A stretch of 64,000 nt of DNA, taken from positions 32,001 to 96,000 of IMG/VR virus record IMGVR_UViG_3300028048_000071. One strand, given 5' to 3'. Shown piece by piece: positions 1 through 9,672 of the stretch (positions within the stretch are counted from its first letter, which is position 1; every line of letters begins with the position of its first letter). Origin of the DNA: a virus. Lineage: Duplodnaviria; Caudoviricetes. The position numbers and the translations under genes were made by a program. The notes under the pieces are model-generated. The model searched no databases. It saw only the letters and a list, made by a program, of their open reading frames with translations, and was not told the DNA's origin.

Positions 1-67
1 GAGTGATTTTGATAAATTTTGTATAAGCCATTGTAAAGATATTGAAGTTATTTTAGGAGGAAATGAT

Positions 68-448
68 ATGAATATTAAATTTTATTATAATAAGCAAGAT
101 TTTTCTAAAAATGATGGGGTTAAACTTAAAGATTCAGAAATTCAAGATATGATTGATGATGTAATTAAAAGATTAGACGCCCCAGGAGAGTATTCTTTCT
201 CTGCAACTGGAGATACTATTGTAATTGGCTTCAGATGGGAAGAAGAAATCAATATATATGTGTGTAAAAACTATGAACACGCAGAGGCTTGGCTAGATGA
301 AAATGGAAATTGGGAGAAAATGGACTGGCTAAAAGACTATGAAGAAGAGGAAATTCGTGAAAAATATGAGGAATTTTCAAGAGATGAACTTATAGAAATG
401 CTTATAAAAGACAGAAAACCTCAATATAATCCACGAAAAGAGGTCTAA
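68..448 (+). CDS. hypothetical phage protein
   Basis: 126-aa ORF preceded by AGGAGG SD; no recognised motif. Confidence 0.8.
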   Translation: MNIKFYYNKQDFSKNDGVKLKDSEIQDMIDDVIKRLDAPGEYSFSATGDTIVIGFRWEEEINIYVCKNYEHAEAWLDENGNWEKMDWLKDYEEEEIREKYEEFSRDELIEMLIKDRKPQYNPRKEV

Positions 449-525
449 AAACACTTAATTTTTGTTGAAAAATAGTGTAAAATGTATTAGAAATGGTTGA
501 TTTTTGTTAGAAAAGAGGTAATTTT

Positions 526-822
526 ATGAAGAAAATTGTAATAACTGAGCCATTTAGGGTAATTAGTAATGTTACAGACTGTGTTTATACAGTTAGAGAA
601 GTAGAAATCAATAAAAAGGGTATAATTGAAAATTATATCATAGATGGTAGAGCTTGGAGTCCTAGTAGATTCAGAGGTAACAAGCCTTTGTGTATAAACA
701 GAGTTTGTATGGAACCATTAGAAAATGTTCTTCCAGCTAGAGGAACAATTGAAGATGAATTATATAATATTATGGCATCTATACACAATATTATAAAAAA
801 AATAGAAGATAAGGAGGAATAA
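526..822 (+). CDS. hypothetical phage protein
   Basis: 98-aa ORF with GAGGT SD, in tight + strand operon. Confidence 0.75.
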   Translation: MKKIVITEPFRVISNVTDCVYTVREVEINKKGIIENYIIDGRAWSPSRFRGNKPLCINRVCMEPLENVLPARGTIEDELYNIMASIHNIIKKIEDKEE

Positions 823-824
823 AA

Positions 825-1319
825 ATGATAGAAGGAACAACAGTAACTCAAAATTATGGTTCTACTATTTCATATTTCACACCAAAAACTATGACTTTAA
901 AAGAAATATTAAAGTCTTGGTTAGATGAAAATCTAGGAGAGGGCTTTAGATTTAAATTTGATGATGAAGAATTTGTTGTAGAAAATAAAAAAATAAGAAC
1001 TGTAGATAAATTTCAATGTGATGATTATGGAAATGAAGATTATGAAGATTTATTTGATTGGATTAATACTGATAGTTTAGATGAAGAGGTTGAAATAACT
1101 AATTATGTTTATAGTATTTCTTTAAAATATGATGATTTCTATGATTATACACCAACAATTTATAATACAAACAGAGAAGTGAGATGTTGTCCTGTATGTG
1201 GAGGTAATGGAATTGTTAGTAACGGGTTCTATAATCATACCGGTAATACTTGGATTACATCGACAACTGCACCAGAACAATGTAGAAGTTGCAATGGTAA
1301 AGGGTATGTAGAAATATGA
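825..1319 (+). CDS. hypothetical protein with C-terminal DnaJ-type CxxCxGxG zinc finger
   Basis: CPVCGGNG ... CRSCNGKG pair; AAGGAGG SD. Confidence 0.75.
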   Translation: MIEGTTVTQNYGSTISYFTPKTMTLKEILKSWLDENLGEGFRFKFDDEEFVVENKKIRTVDKFQCDDYGNEDYEDLFDWINTDSLDEEVEITNYVYSISLKYDDFYDYTPTIYNTNREVRCCPVCGGNGIVSNGFYNHTGNTWITSTTAPEQCRSCNGKGYVEI

Positions 1320-1726
1320 TAGAGATTACAAATATCTGGGCTGGGTGGTTAACTTTTCAAATTCACTATGGAGATTTAACACATCAATTTACCGTTAGCT
1401 ATTTAGATGATTTTAAAGAAGAAATAGATTATTTATTAGGAATAAATGAAAACGATGAGCATCCGGAGTATTTATATAACTATAAATATGGAATAGAAAG
1501 TAGGGCTATTACACTAGACGGAGAAGGAACTTTGCTTAAACTTAGTATTTTAAAAACTGAATATGAGGATTACTTAACTCTTGTATGGTGGTTAAATGAT
1601 GAAATTCCTGTTTGTATGGTATTTGATTATTCAAGTTTTGTAGAAAGCTATCTAAACGAAATGAATAGAATTGGAGAAGAAACATATAAAAAAGATTTTT
1701 TAATGGATTATGAAAGAGAAGAATAA
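1316..1726 (+). CDS. hypothetical phage protein
   Basis: 136-aa ORF, ATGA overlap with upstream gene. Confidence 0.75.
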   Translation: MIEITNIWAGWLTFQIHYGDLTHQFTVSYLDDFKEEIDYLLGINENDEHPEYLYNYKYGIESRAITLDGEGTLLKLSILKTEYEDYLTLVWWLNDEIPVCMVFDYSSFVESYLNEMNRIGEETYKKDFLMDYEREE

Positions 1727-1737
1727 GAGGTGATTTT

Positions 1738-1935
1738 ATGTTAATGGTATTTTTAATATCAATCGCATTAACTTTATTGCTTACTGGGATAACATTCCCA
1801 ATACATATGGGATTGTTGTTATATTATTTACCTGAAGAATTAGTAGATAAAGCTTTTATTTTTAATACGGCTTTAATGTGGTTAATAATATTTATAATTT
1901 TAATAATAAATGTAAAGAGGGAGAATAAAAAATGA
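1738..1935 (+). CDS. small membrane protein (2 predicted TM segments)
   Basis: hydrophobic 65 aa; GAGGTG SD; ATGA overlap with next gene. Confidence 0.7.
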   Translation: MLMVFLISIALTLLLTGITFPIHMGLLLYYLPEELVDKAFIFNTALMWLIIFIILIINVKRENKK

Positions 1936-3188
1936 TTAAAAATTACGAGATAACAATAAGTCCTAATTATGTAAGTAATTGGGGAATAAATGAGGCTATA
2001 AGAGAAATACTTCAAAATGCTATTGATGCAGATAAAAATGGATATAAGAAAAGTATTTATTATAGTGGAGATACTTTATATATTAATAATGAAGGAATTT
2101 CATTATCTGCAAAAGACCTTATATTAGGGTGCTCAAGTAAATCAGACCAAGATGGTATGATAGGTAAATATGGAGAAGGATTTAAATTAGCATTAGTTGT
2201 TCTTTTAAGAAAAGGTATGAATGTTTATGTTGATAATAATGATAAATTATGGAGTCCTTCATTTAAAGTCAGTGAACAATTTGGAACTCAAGTTCTAAAT
2301 ATAGAAGAAAGTGACGATGGAAGAGGAGAAGGTCTAACTTTTGTTATCAGTCCGGTTGACCAACAACTATATAATTCTTTATTAAATTACTTCCCTTGTA
2401 TAGATGAAAGTTTTGGTAATGTTGTTAATTGTGATAATGGACAAATATTACTAGATAAGCAATTTAAAGGTAAAATGTATGTAGAAGGATTATATATTCA
2501 AACAGATGATAATTTTCAATATGGCTATAATTTTAATTCAGATGTTGTAGAATTAGACAGAGATAGAAAAGCAATTAATTATTATGAATTAAGAGCATTA
2601 ACTGCTCAGTCAATTGTTACGGCGGAAGAATGTAATAAAGAAATATTTGATGCTATTACAAAAAGTTGTGTTGATGTTAGAGATATAGAGGAAGTAATAG
2701 ATGAGGCTAGTGAATCTTTCTTGGAAGAATACAGGGAACAATTTTATGAAGAGAATGAACTTGAAGAAAATACTCTTGTTGCGACAGAATCTGTTATGAA
2801 ACAGCTTGAGCAAATGGATATAGATGTTCCAGTTGTAAAAGGAACAGAGATTCAAAGCTACTTAATTGCTAAAGCTAATGATAAATTAGGAATTATTGAA
2901 GAAGCAAAAGAAGCTATTAAAAATAAAGACGAAAAAGAAGAAGCTTTTGATGATTTTAAAAATTCTAAATATGCAAGATTAATGAATTGGTTCTATACAA
3001 ATAAACATTATTTACCAAAAAAGGCACAAGTTCCATTTCTTGATATAATGAAATCTATGACTCCATATGGATTTTATAAAATATCTGATTCTATTCCAGA
3101 AGAATTTGATTATTCTGATGAAAATATCAAAGCATTAAAAGAAGAGATATTAAAAAAGGAAGAAATTTTAGATGAAGAAGAGATGTAG
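1932..3188 (+). CDS. GHKL (HATPase_c-like) ATPase-domain protein
   Basis: N-box REILQNAIDA, G1-like NEGI, G2 box IGKYGEGFKLA; acidic C-terminal part. Confidence 0.8.
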   Translation: MIKNYEITISPNYVSNWGINEAIREILQNAIDADKNGYKKSIYYSGDTLYINNEGISLSAKDLILGCSSKSDQDGMIGKYGEGFKLALVVLLRKGMNVYVDNNDKLWSPSFKVSEQFGTQVLNIEESDDGRGEGLTFVISPVDQQLYNSLLNYFPCIDESFGNVVNCDNGQILLDKQFKGKMYVEGLYIQTDDNFQYGYNFNSDVVELDRDRKAINYYELRALTAQSIVTAEECNKEIFDAITKSCVDVRDIEEVIDEASESFLEEYREQFYEENELEENTLVATESVMKQLEQMDIDVPVVKGTEIQSYLIAKANDKLGIIEEAKEAIKNKDEKEEAFDDFKNSKYARLMNWFYTNKHYLPKKAQVPFLDIMKSMTPYGFYKISDSIPEEFDYSDENIKALKEEILKKEEILDEEEM

Positions 3189-3208
3189 GCATCAAAAAAA
3201 ATATCATT

Positions 3209-3403
3209 GTGAAAAAAAATTGTTTATATGAGGAATGTCACGGTTATCATTTAGCAGAGTATGATATATATTGCTCTAAATGTGGTGAATATTTAGGACA
3301 TTGGGCTTATGGAAGTTTTGAGCCAGAGTTTGAAATAAAATATGTTCTTAAAGGATTTAAAAAAATATATTGGTGGTTTAGATATTATATTTTGCAAAAA
3401 TAA
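3209..3403 (+). CDS. small hypothetical protein with CxxC
   Basis: 64-aa ORF, CSKCGEYLG; GTG start uncertain. Confidence 0.5.
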   Translation: MKKNCLYEECHGYHLAEYDIYCSKCGEYLGHWAYGSFEPEFEIKYVLKGFKKIYWWFRYYILQK

Positions 3404-3430
3404 AAACGAGTTTAATTACTCGTCTTTTTT
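3402..3430. terminator. bidirectional intrinsic terminator between convergent genes
   Basis: aaaaACGAGT-ttaatt-ACTCGTctttttt, A/T runs on both sides. Confidence 0.6.
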
Positions 3431-4618
3431 ATTTATCCAATCTTTTAAAAGTTCACGCATTCTTTTTGATGGTATATAAACTGTTATAGGTTTACCATCT
3501 CTTATTGCACTTCTATAAATAAACTGTATTAGTTCAGATAAAGCATAAGTATCTTCATCTACTTCTATGCCTTCTGTTTCAAAAAAGTGCTTTAATGTTG
3601 GCTTCATATATCTATTAGCTATATAAGCAACGGCAGTAGTATCTTTATAATCATTTGTCGCTCTAATATTTATTGGAACAAAAGCTTTTGTATATCCTTT
3701 ACCTTTTATAATATCATAATATTCTTTAAAAGTAGTCCAAAGTTTTTCTTCTATTGGTGTCCCTTCGGCAGTATGTTTAAAAAAGTTGCTTATATTATTT
3801 TGTAATTTTTTCATTAACATAGATTTTTTATTTCTATGAAACCAGGACATTGATAAAGAACCTCTATTATCTCCTATAGCATTTAGTTTGCTATCCTCTA
3901 CTATTGTTATTAATTTTTTTTGTTCATCATAATTATATTTAACTTCTTTTGTTGTTAGTTGATAATTATCAACATAAAGTCTTTCTATATCTACTTGATT
4001 ATATTCATAATAGGCTTTTTGCCCGTTAAACATATAAGTTAAGATATAAACTTCTTTAAAAGAATCAAATATTTCTATAGGGAAAGTCCAAACCAAAGAT
4101 ACTACTTCTCCGGAATCAGAGCAATGTGCTTTAACTCCTCCCATTTCTATCATATGTTTATAATCTAAAAACCTACCTTCATAATCTTTTTTTTCTTCAT
4201 TCCATATAACCGTCATATCTTCTTTAACAGTTATATATTCTTTAACAATTGTTTGTAAGTCATTTTTAGTTATATCTATTTCTTCAATAACATCTGCTGC
4301 TTCATCAACAACTAATATATAATCATAAAATTGAGTTAAATCTAATACTCTATCTGTTAATTTTTGAAATAAAGCGTGAGTAGAAACAACATTATAGCCC
4401 TTTTCTATAAGTCTAGTTAAATCTTCTGATTTAGTAGGGGCTTCTTCTGGCTCTATAAAATTTCTGTTTGTGCAAGATTCTTTTATTCTATCTACCTCAG
4501 TTAGAAATGGAGTTATATATAAAAATTTTTCATTGTCATTTTTTGAATTATTTATAAAATTTATCATTGCGGTTGTTTTACCTACACCACATCCAGCATC
4601 AACAACTTTTATTTTCAT
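3416..4618 (-). CDS. SF2 helicase-like protein (possibly SPbeta YonV-like)
   Basis: Walker A GCGVGKT, motif Ia YITPFL, Walker B VVDEA, motif VI QFIYRSAIR; start moved to 4618 (GGAGGAGG SD, TAATG overlap). Confidence 0.8.
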   Translation of the reverse strand: MKIKVVDAGCGVGKTTAMINFINNSKNDNEKFLYITPFLTEVDRIKESCTNRNFIEPEEAPTKSEDLTRLIEKGYNVVSTHALFQKLTDRVLDLTQFYDYILVVDEAADVIEEIDITKNDLQTIVKEYITVKEDMTVIWNEEKKDYEGRFLDYKHMIEMGGVKAHCSDSGEVVSLVWTFPIEIFDSFKEVYILTYMFNGQKAYYEYNQVDIERLYVDNYQLTTKEVKYNYDEQKKLITIVEDSKLNAIGDNRGSLSMSWFHRNKKSMLMKKLQNNISNFFKHTAEGTPIEEKLWTTFKEYYDIIKGKGYTKAFVPINIRATNDYKDTTAVAYIANRYMKPTLKHFFETEGIEVDEDTYALSELIQFIYRSAIRDGKPITVYIPSKRMRELLKDWINKKDE

Positions 4619-5331
4619 TATATTCCTCCTCCCGATAGCCATTTATTAAACTCTTCTAAAATTTTATCTTTATCTCTGAGATAATATTGATATATTAAAT
4701 CTAATCCATTATGAGTATATATATATTGAAGATTTTTATTTTTACAAACAAAGTCTCTTCCGGTACATTGTCTACAACTGTTAGCTAAATAATTTTTACC
4801 AACCATATTAAAATAGTCTTTGTTGTATGGATAGTAAAATCCACAAGTATTGCATCTCTTCCATAATGTATCTTTTCTTATTTCATAATCTCTTGTAAGA
4901 CACATTATACTCCATACATCATAATCAGATAAGTCTGGTTGATAACCTATAAATTCTTGACTGTTATTAGATGTAACTCCAAAATAATTTTGAGCTGCCG
5001 CTAAATATTTTTGTTTCATCATCATTTTCTTTGGGGTATCTTTTGCTAGAGTTAAATTTTTAAGTATAAGACACATACCCTCAGTATTCATAAACCAAGT
5101 TTTAGTAGTTTTATCTTTGGCTGAACTATTCGGGTTGGTATATTCTATAACTCTCATATGGACTCTAAATTCTTCTTTATCTCTATAAAATCCTGGTGTG
5201 GTTCTTCTAAAAAGAACTTTACTAAAAAAAGAACTTAAAGGGTACCAATATTCTCCAGTATCTTTTTCTAAAAGTCTGTATGTTGTGACGCTTAATATAT
5301 TATATGTTTCTAATTCATATTTTTTGGTCAT
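4618..5331 (-). CDS. putative DNA-binding protein (Bro-N/antirepressor-like N-terminus, C-terminal CxxC zinc finger)
   Basis: YWYPLS...TWFMNTEGMCLIL resembles Bro-N; CNTC...CRQC; start at 5331 (GGGTGA SD) lies downstream of the leftward promoter. Confidence 0.55.
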   Translation of the reverse strand: MTKKYELETYNILSVTTYRLLEKDTGEYWYPLSSFFSKVLFRRTTPGFYRDKEEFRVHMRVIEYTNPNSSAKDKTTKTWFMNTEGMCLILKNLTLAKDTPKKMMMKQKYLAAAQNYFGVTSNNSQEFIGYQPDLSDYDVWSIMCLTRDYEIRKDTLWKRCNTCGFYYPYNKDYFNMVGKNYLANSCRQCTGRDFVCKNKNLQYIYTHNGLDLIYQYYLRDKDKILEEFNKWLSGGGI

Positions 5332-5347
5332 ATCATCACCCATTGTT

Positions 5348-5376
5348 ATTCTACCATATTTATTTATTTTTGTCAA
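5348..5376 (-). promoter_or_regulatory. sigma-A promoter, leftward
   Basis: TTGACA(5376-5371)-17 bp-TAGAAT(5353-5348) with extended TG. Confidence 0.8.
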
Positions 5377-5384
5377 ATAAATTA

Positions 5385-5413
5385 TTGACAAAATGAGGTT
5401 TTTTTGATATAAT
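5385..5413 (+). promoter_or_regulatory. sigma-A promoter, rightward (nucleotidase-RNAP operon)
   Basis: perfect TTGACA-17 bp-TATAAT with extended TG. Confidence 0.88.
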
Positions 5414-5447
5414 GTAGTTAATTAAGATAGAGGAAGGAGGAAACACG

Positions 5448-6035
5448 GTGATGACAATTTACTTAGACTTTGACAACACTATAGTTGAAAGTAATAAGAG
5501 AATAATAGATATGTTAAATAAAAAATATGGTACATCTAAAACCGAGGATGATTTGTTTGATTATAATTATAATTCTATTTATCCGATTAGTGAAAAAGAA
5601 AAACTTCAAATGTTTGAAAGTGAAGAGTTTTATAATGGATTAGAATTTAAGACCGGGGTTTTAGATGTTTTAAATAAATATAGTCAGTCTTATAATATTG
5701 TTATACTAAGTATTGGTACTGAAGAAAACTTAAGAAGAAAACAAGATTGGTTGAAAAACAACTTACCTTACGACTTTAAATTTATTGGGTTTGATGGAAA
5801 ATCAAAAAAGAAGAGCCGTATAAATATGGATAATGCTATTCAAATAGACGATAATTTTGATTGTTTAAAAACTAATGCTGCTTTAAAAATATTATATAAA
5901 AGTTTTCATAACTTTCCTTGGCAAGAACCGACTTCTAGTGAAGAATTTATGGTGGTGAATACTTGGGAAGAAATAGATTCAATTTTAGATTTTTATAAAA
6001 AGTATAATTGTAAAACATTAGAGAAAATAAGGTAA
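5448..6035 (+). CDS. HAD-family 5'(3')-deoxyribonucleotidase
   Basis: motif I IYLDFDNT, motif IV IDD, FPW; NT5C-like. Confidence 0.75.
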   Translation: MMTIYLDFDNTIVESNKRIIDMLNKKYGTSKTEDDLFDYNYNSIYPISEKEKLQMFESEEFYNGLEFKTGVLDVLNKYSQSYNIVILSIGTEENLRRKQDWLKNNLPYDFKFIGFDGKSKKKSRINMDNAIQIDDNFDCLKTNAALKILYKSFHNFPWQEPTSSEEFMVVNTWEEIDSILDFYKKYNCKTLEKIR

Positions 6036-6049
6036 GGAGGAGATTATTC

Positions 6050-8806
6050 TTGAAGGTTCTTCAGAATTTATATTATGTTTATAAGATACCATCAAATAAA
6101 ATTAACAATTTAAAAACATATAGTTTCAAAGATGCCTCAAGAGATGGTTGTGTGGTATCTATAGGGGATAATTTAGTCTTTGCTAAAATAAGAGAATATT
6201 ATGGGGAAACAGGAGACCATATATCTTTATATAACAAAGTTCAAGATATAAGAAAAGAAATGAAAAATATTAAAAAGCAACCTACTTGTCAAGAAAATAT
6301 AGATAAGTTAAAAGATTTACAACATCAATTAGATAAAATGCTTTTTATAGATGATATAGTTAATATAAAAGTTGTTACAAAAAAAGAATATAAACAAATT
6401 GCAAGAGATGGATTTGATTTAAATGGAAAACATTATGTAAGATTTATGGTTGGTTCTGGTCAAATGAGAAGAAACACTGTAAGTTTTATTAATGAAGAAT
6501 TATATGATTATATGCAAGAACATTTAATGTGTGGATTAGATAAAAAAATAAAGAATATAAATCTTGCAAAATTAAGTGCTTATTTTGCTTTATCTTTTTC
6601 TTCTGTTCTTTGGGTTAGAGAACCAAAGGTTTGTGTTATAAAAGATTTTGATACTGTGATACCAAATCAAAAGCTTAATTTTATCTATAAAGATGATGAA
6701 GGAAAAAATCAGGTTAAAGAGATATATAAAGATTTAAAACTTAATAGCTGTGATGGTCAGGGAATTATAAGTCCGGAAATGGCTCAAAATTGGGCGGAAG
6801 ATATGCACTTAAACTATGTCCCTTGTTCCTTTGTTGTAAGAACAGCATTTGTAAAAGGAAATCTAGTTACATTTGATTTTAAAGAATATGCAAGAGAAAA
6901 TGGTATAACTAAAATTAAGGATAGATATGGAACAGAATATAACATTGATGATATTGATGTATTATTATCGGAATCACAATTTAAAATGGCAAAATATTAT
7001 TCTGCTTGGGAAGGCTATCTAAGTTATCATCATTCTTATAACTTAAAATGGGGAGTAGCAAGATATAACAAAGAATTTGATGATGAATATGTATTGACTA
7101 ATTATCAATATATACAAGTTCTTGATTTAGATAGAGAAGATATAAAAGGATTAGTATCTTGTACAACAGATTGGTTTAAAAATATCTGTAGTGGAGATAA
7201 ATTATATTCTTTAGCTTATAATATAGGAATTAAAAATCCAGAAGATAGTTTATCTGAAATAATTAATTCTTGTGGAAGTGCTTTTACAAAAGCTATTGTT
7301 AAAAATTCAAAAATGTTAGAAGATGGATATGTTCAGAGAAAGATATATAATTCTATTAAAGAATCTATTCGTCAGGCTAAATTAGGAAGAATATGGGTTA
7401 AAGGAAATTATCAATTTATGATAAGTGACCCTATTGCTCAAGTAAGAAATGCCTTAGGTTTATCTCCAGATGGAGAATTGCAGGCAAATGAAGTTTATTC
7501 AAATTTCTGGAATGAAAGAAATGTTTCTGGAGAGGTTTGTTTGATGAGAAGTCCATTGACTCATTATTCAGAAATAAATGTTGAAAGATTAGCGAAAACA
7601 AAAGAAATGGAAAAGTGGTACAAATATATTTATAGTGGTGTCATTTATAGTATATATGATATTGCTACTGTTAAGCACGCAGATTCAGATTTTGATGGAG
7701 ATATAGTTTGTTCAACTAATAATGAATATTTTTTGAAGGGTGCTATGAGAAATGAAATTCCTATTACTTATGAAAAAGAAATGGTTCCTACTCAAAGAGT
7801 AACATTACCTAATTTTATTAGATGTGATGTTAAAGGATTAGATACTAAAGTTGGACAAATAACTAATTATTCAACAAGTATGATAGCTATGCTTCCATTG
7901 TTCAAAGGAGAAGGTCAACAAGAGCAGCTTCAAGAAATGCAAAAAAGAATAAAATTGCTTAGAGAAATACAAGGAGCAGAAATAGATAAAATTAAAGGGA
8001 CTACCCCACCTCAATTTCCTAGAGAATGGAGATATTGGGTTAAAATAGACAAAGATGATGATGATATAACTAAAGCAGAGAAATATAAATATAATTCAAT
8101 GGTTGTTAAGAAAAAACCTTATTTCTTTATTTATTTATATTCTACTTTGATGAAAGAATATAAAGCGTATGAAAAAAACTTTAATAGTATTAGTTACAAA
8201 CATTTTGGAATGTCTATTAAAGATTTATTAAGAAAAGAAAATAGGTCTGAAGGAGAAAATAAACTAATTAGAAAATATAGAAAATATTCTCCTGTGTTAG
8301 AAACAGATTGTGTTATGAATAATTTATGTAAAGAAGTAGAAAGTTCTGATTCTGATATTAAATTTCATCCAAGCAAGATTAGTTTATTAAACGAATTTGC
8401 AGATTATTCTAATATAGACGAAGAAAAATTAGTTACTCTGATGGATATATGTAAAACATATAAATCAGAAAAACAATTCAGAGGATTTTCTGCTATGATA
8501 GAAAATGAAGGAATTGCTGATGATGACGTTGCCGAAATTATGAATCAAGTTTTATACGGGCATAAAGATAAATATAGGGAAAAAATTAAAAACCTATTTA
8601 GCAATACCAGAGAACTTTTTAATCATTTAATGATGATGTGTCAAAGAAAAAATATTAATCACGATATAGTTTGGGATATAATGGGAGACGACATAATAGA
8701 TATTATACCCGTTTGTAATCCTACTGTTTTGATAGAAGATGATTATGGTGTTGAATATTTAGGACATAAATATCAATTACAGGAGGTGGATAATGTTAGT
8801 ATTTGA
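6050..8806 (+). CDS. yonO: single-subunit RNA polymerase, YonO-like (eukaryotic RdRP-related double-psi-barrel)
   Basis: CDGQG, KGNL, RSP and catalytic DFDGD motifs in RdRP/YonO order; 918 aa; upstream of late genes as in SPbeta. Confidence 0.85.
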   Translation: MKVLQNLYYVYKIPSNKINNLKTYSFKDASRDGCVVSIGDNLVFAKIREYYGETGDHISLYNKVQDIRKEMKNIKKQPTCQENIDKLKDLQHQLDKMLFIDDIVNIKVVTKKEYKQIARDGFDLNGKHYVRFMVGSGQMRRNTVSFINEELYDYMQEHLMCGLDKKIKNINLAKLSAYFALSFSSVLWVREPKVCVIKDFDTVIPNQKLNFIYKDDEGKNQVKEIYKDLKLNSCDGQGIISPEMAQNWAEDMHLNYVPCSFVVRTAFVKGNLVTFDFKEYARENGITKIKDRYGTEYNIDDIDVLLSESQFKMAKYYSAWEGYLSYHHSYNLKWGVARYNKEFDDEYVLTNYQYIQVLDLDREDIKGLVSCTTDWFKNICSGDKLYSLAYNIGIKNPEDSLSEIINSCGSAFTKAIVKNSKMLEDGYVQRKIYNSIKESIRQAKLGRIWVKGNYQFMISDPIAQVRNALGLSPDGELQANEVYSNFWNERNVSGEVCLMRSPLTHYSEINVERLAKTKEMEKWYKYIYSGVIYSIYDIATVKHADSDFDGDIVCSTNNEYFLKGAMRNEIPITYEKEMVPTQRVTLPNFIRCDVKGLDTKVGQITNYSTSMIAMLPLFKGEGQQEQLQEMQKRIKLLREIQGAEIDKIKGTTPPQFPREWRYWVKIDKDDDDITKAEKYKYNSMVVKKKPYFFIYLYSTLMKEYKAYEKNFNSISYKHFGMSIKDLLRKENRSEGENKLIRKYRKYSPVLETDCVMNNLCKEVESSDSDIKFHPSKISLLNEFADYSNIDEEKLVTLMDICKTYKSEKQFRGFSAMIENEGIADDDVAEIMNQVLYGHKDKYREKIKNLFSNTRELFNHLMMMCQRKNINHDIVWDIMGDDIIDIIPVCNPTVLIEDDYGVEYLGHKYQLQEVDNVSI

Positions 8807-9578
8807 CGAAAAAAAATATGCAAGAAATCTTTTAAAAGAAAAAAAGTTTCAAACATATAGGCAAAAAGATATAGAAAGATATATTCTTATTAGATATTTA
8901 GCCAATGAAGGAAAGAATTTTGATGAAATAAAAAAAGAATTAGAAAAATTCCCTCTTATTGGATGTGAATATTTAGATAAAAAAGATGTTGATTTAATTT
9001 ATAGCAAAATAGTAGATAGAGCTCTTAGTTGCCCACTTGTAACCGATATTGAGGTTAATATTTACAAATCAGAAGTTGAAATAATTAATAATTTAGAAGA
9101 TGAAAATCTAAAGAACTTATTATTTATGTTGTTGGTTTATTATAAGTGGGCTGTAAATCAATCATATCTATATTTCTTTAGCAAACATAATAATGTTAAA
9201 ATGGTTATTACCAATGATATGGATGTTTGGAAATATGCGGGTATTATGAAGTTAAGAGTTGCCGAAAGATATAGACTATGTAATAAATTAATAATTAACG
9301 GTCTATATGTGGAAGATAATTTTAAATCAAATAATTATTTTTATTTACCTTTTTCTGTTGACGAAGGAGAAATTGCCTTTACAATAAAAAATTATGACAA
9401 TATATTAGGCGAATTGCAATTTTATAATGATAAAGAACATTATAAAAGATGTGCTATTTGTGGAACGGTTATTAGAAAAACACGTTCTCCAAAAAAATAT
9501 TGCACTAATTGTGCACACGACGAAAATATAAGAAAAACAAAAGAAAACAAAAAAAGTTTGAAAACCCAATCCTCTTAA
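8793..9578 (+). CDS. hypothetical protein with C-terminal zinc ribbon (possible RNAP accessory factor)
   Basis: CAICG...KYCTNC; overlaps RNAP stop; AGGAGG SD. Confidence 0.65.
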   Translation: MLVFDEKKYARNLLKEKKFQTYRQKDIERYILIRYLANEGKNFDEIKKELEKFPLIGCEYLDKKDVDLIYSKIVDRALSCPLVTDIEVNIYKSEVEIINNLEDENLKNLLFMLLVYYKWAVNQSYLYFFSKHNNVKMVITNDMDVWKYAGIMKLRVAERYRLCNKLIINGLYVEDNFKSNNYFYLPFSVDEGEIAFTIKNYDNILGELQFYNDKEHYKRCAICGTVIRKTRSPKKYCTNCAHDENIRKTKENKKSLKTQSS

Positions 9579-9672
9579 AACATTGAAAATAAAGGGCAAA
9601 ACAGATGTTCGTAAAAATATTATATATAATGAGAAAGAAAAACAAGTTTTATTTAATAAAAGGAGTTTGATT

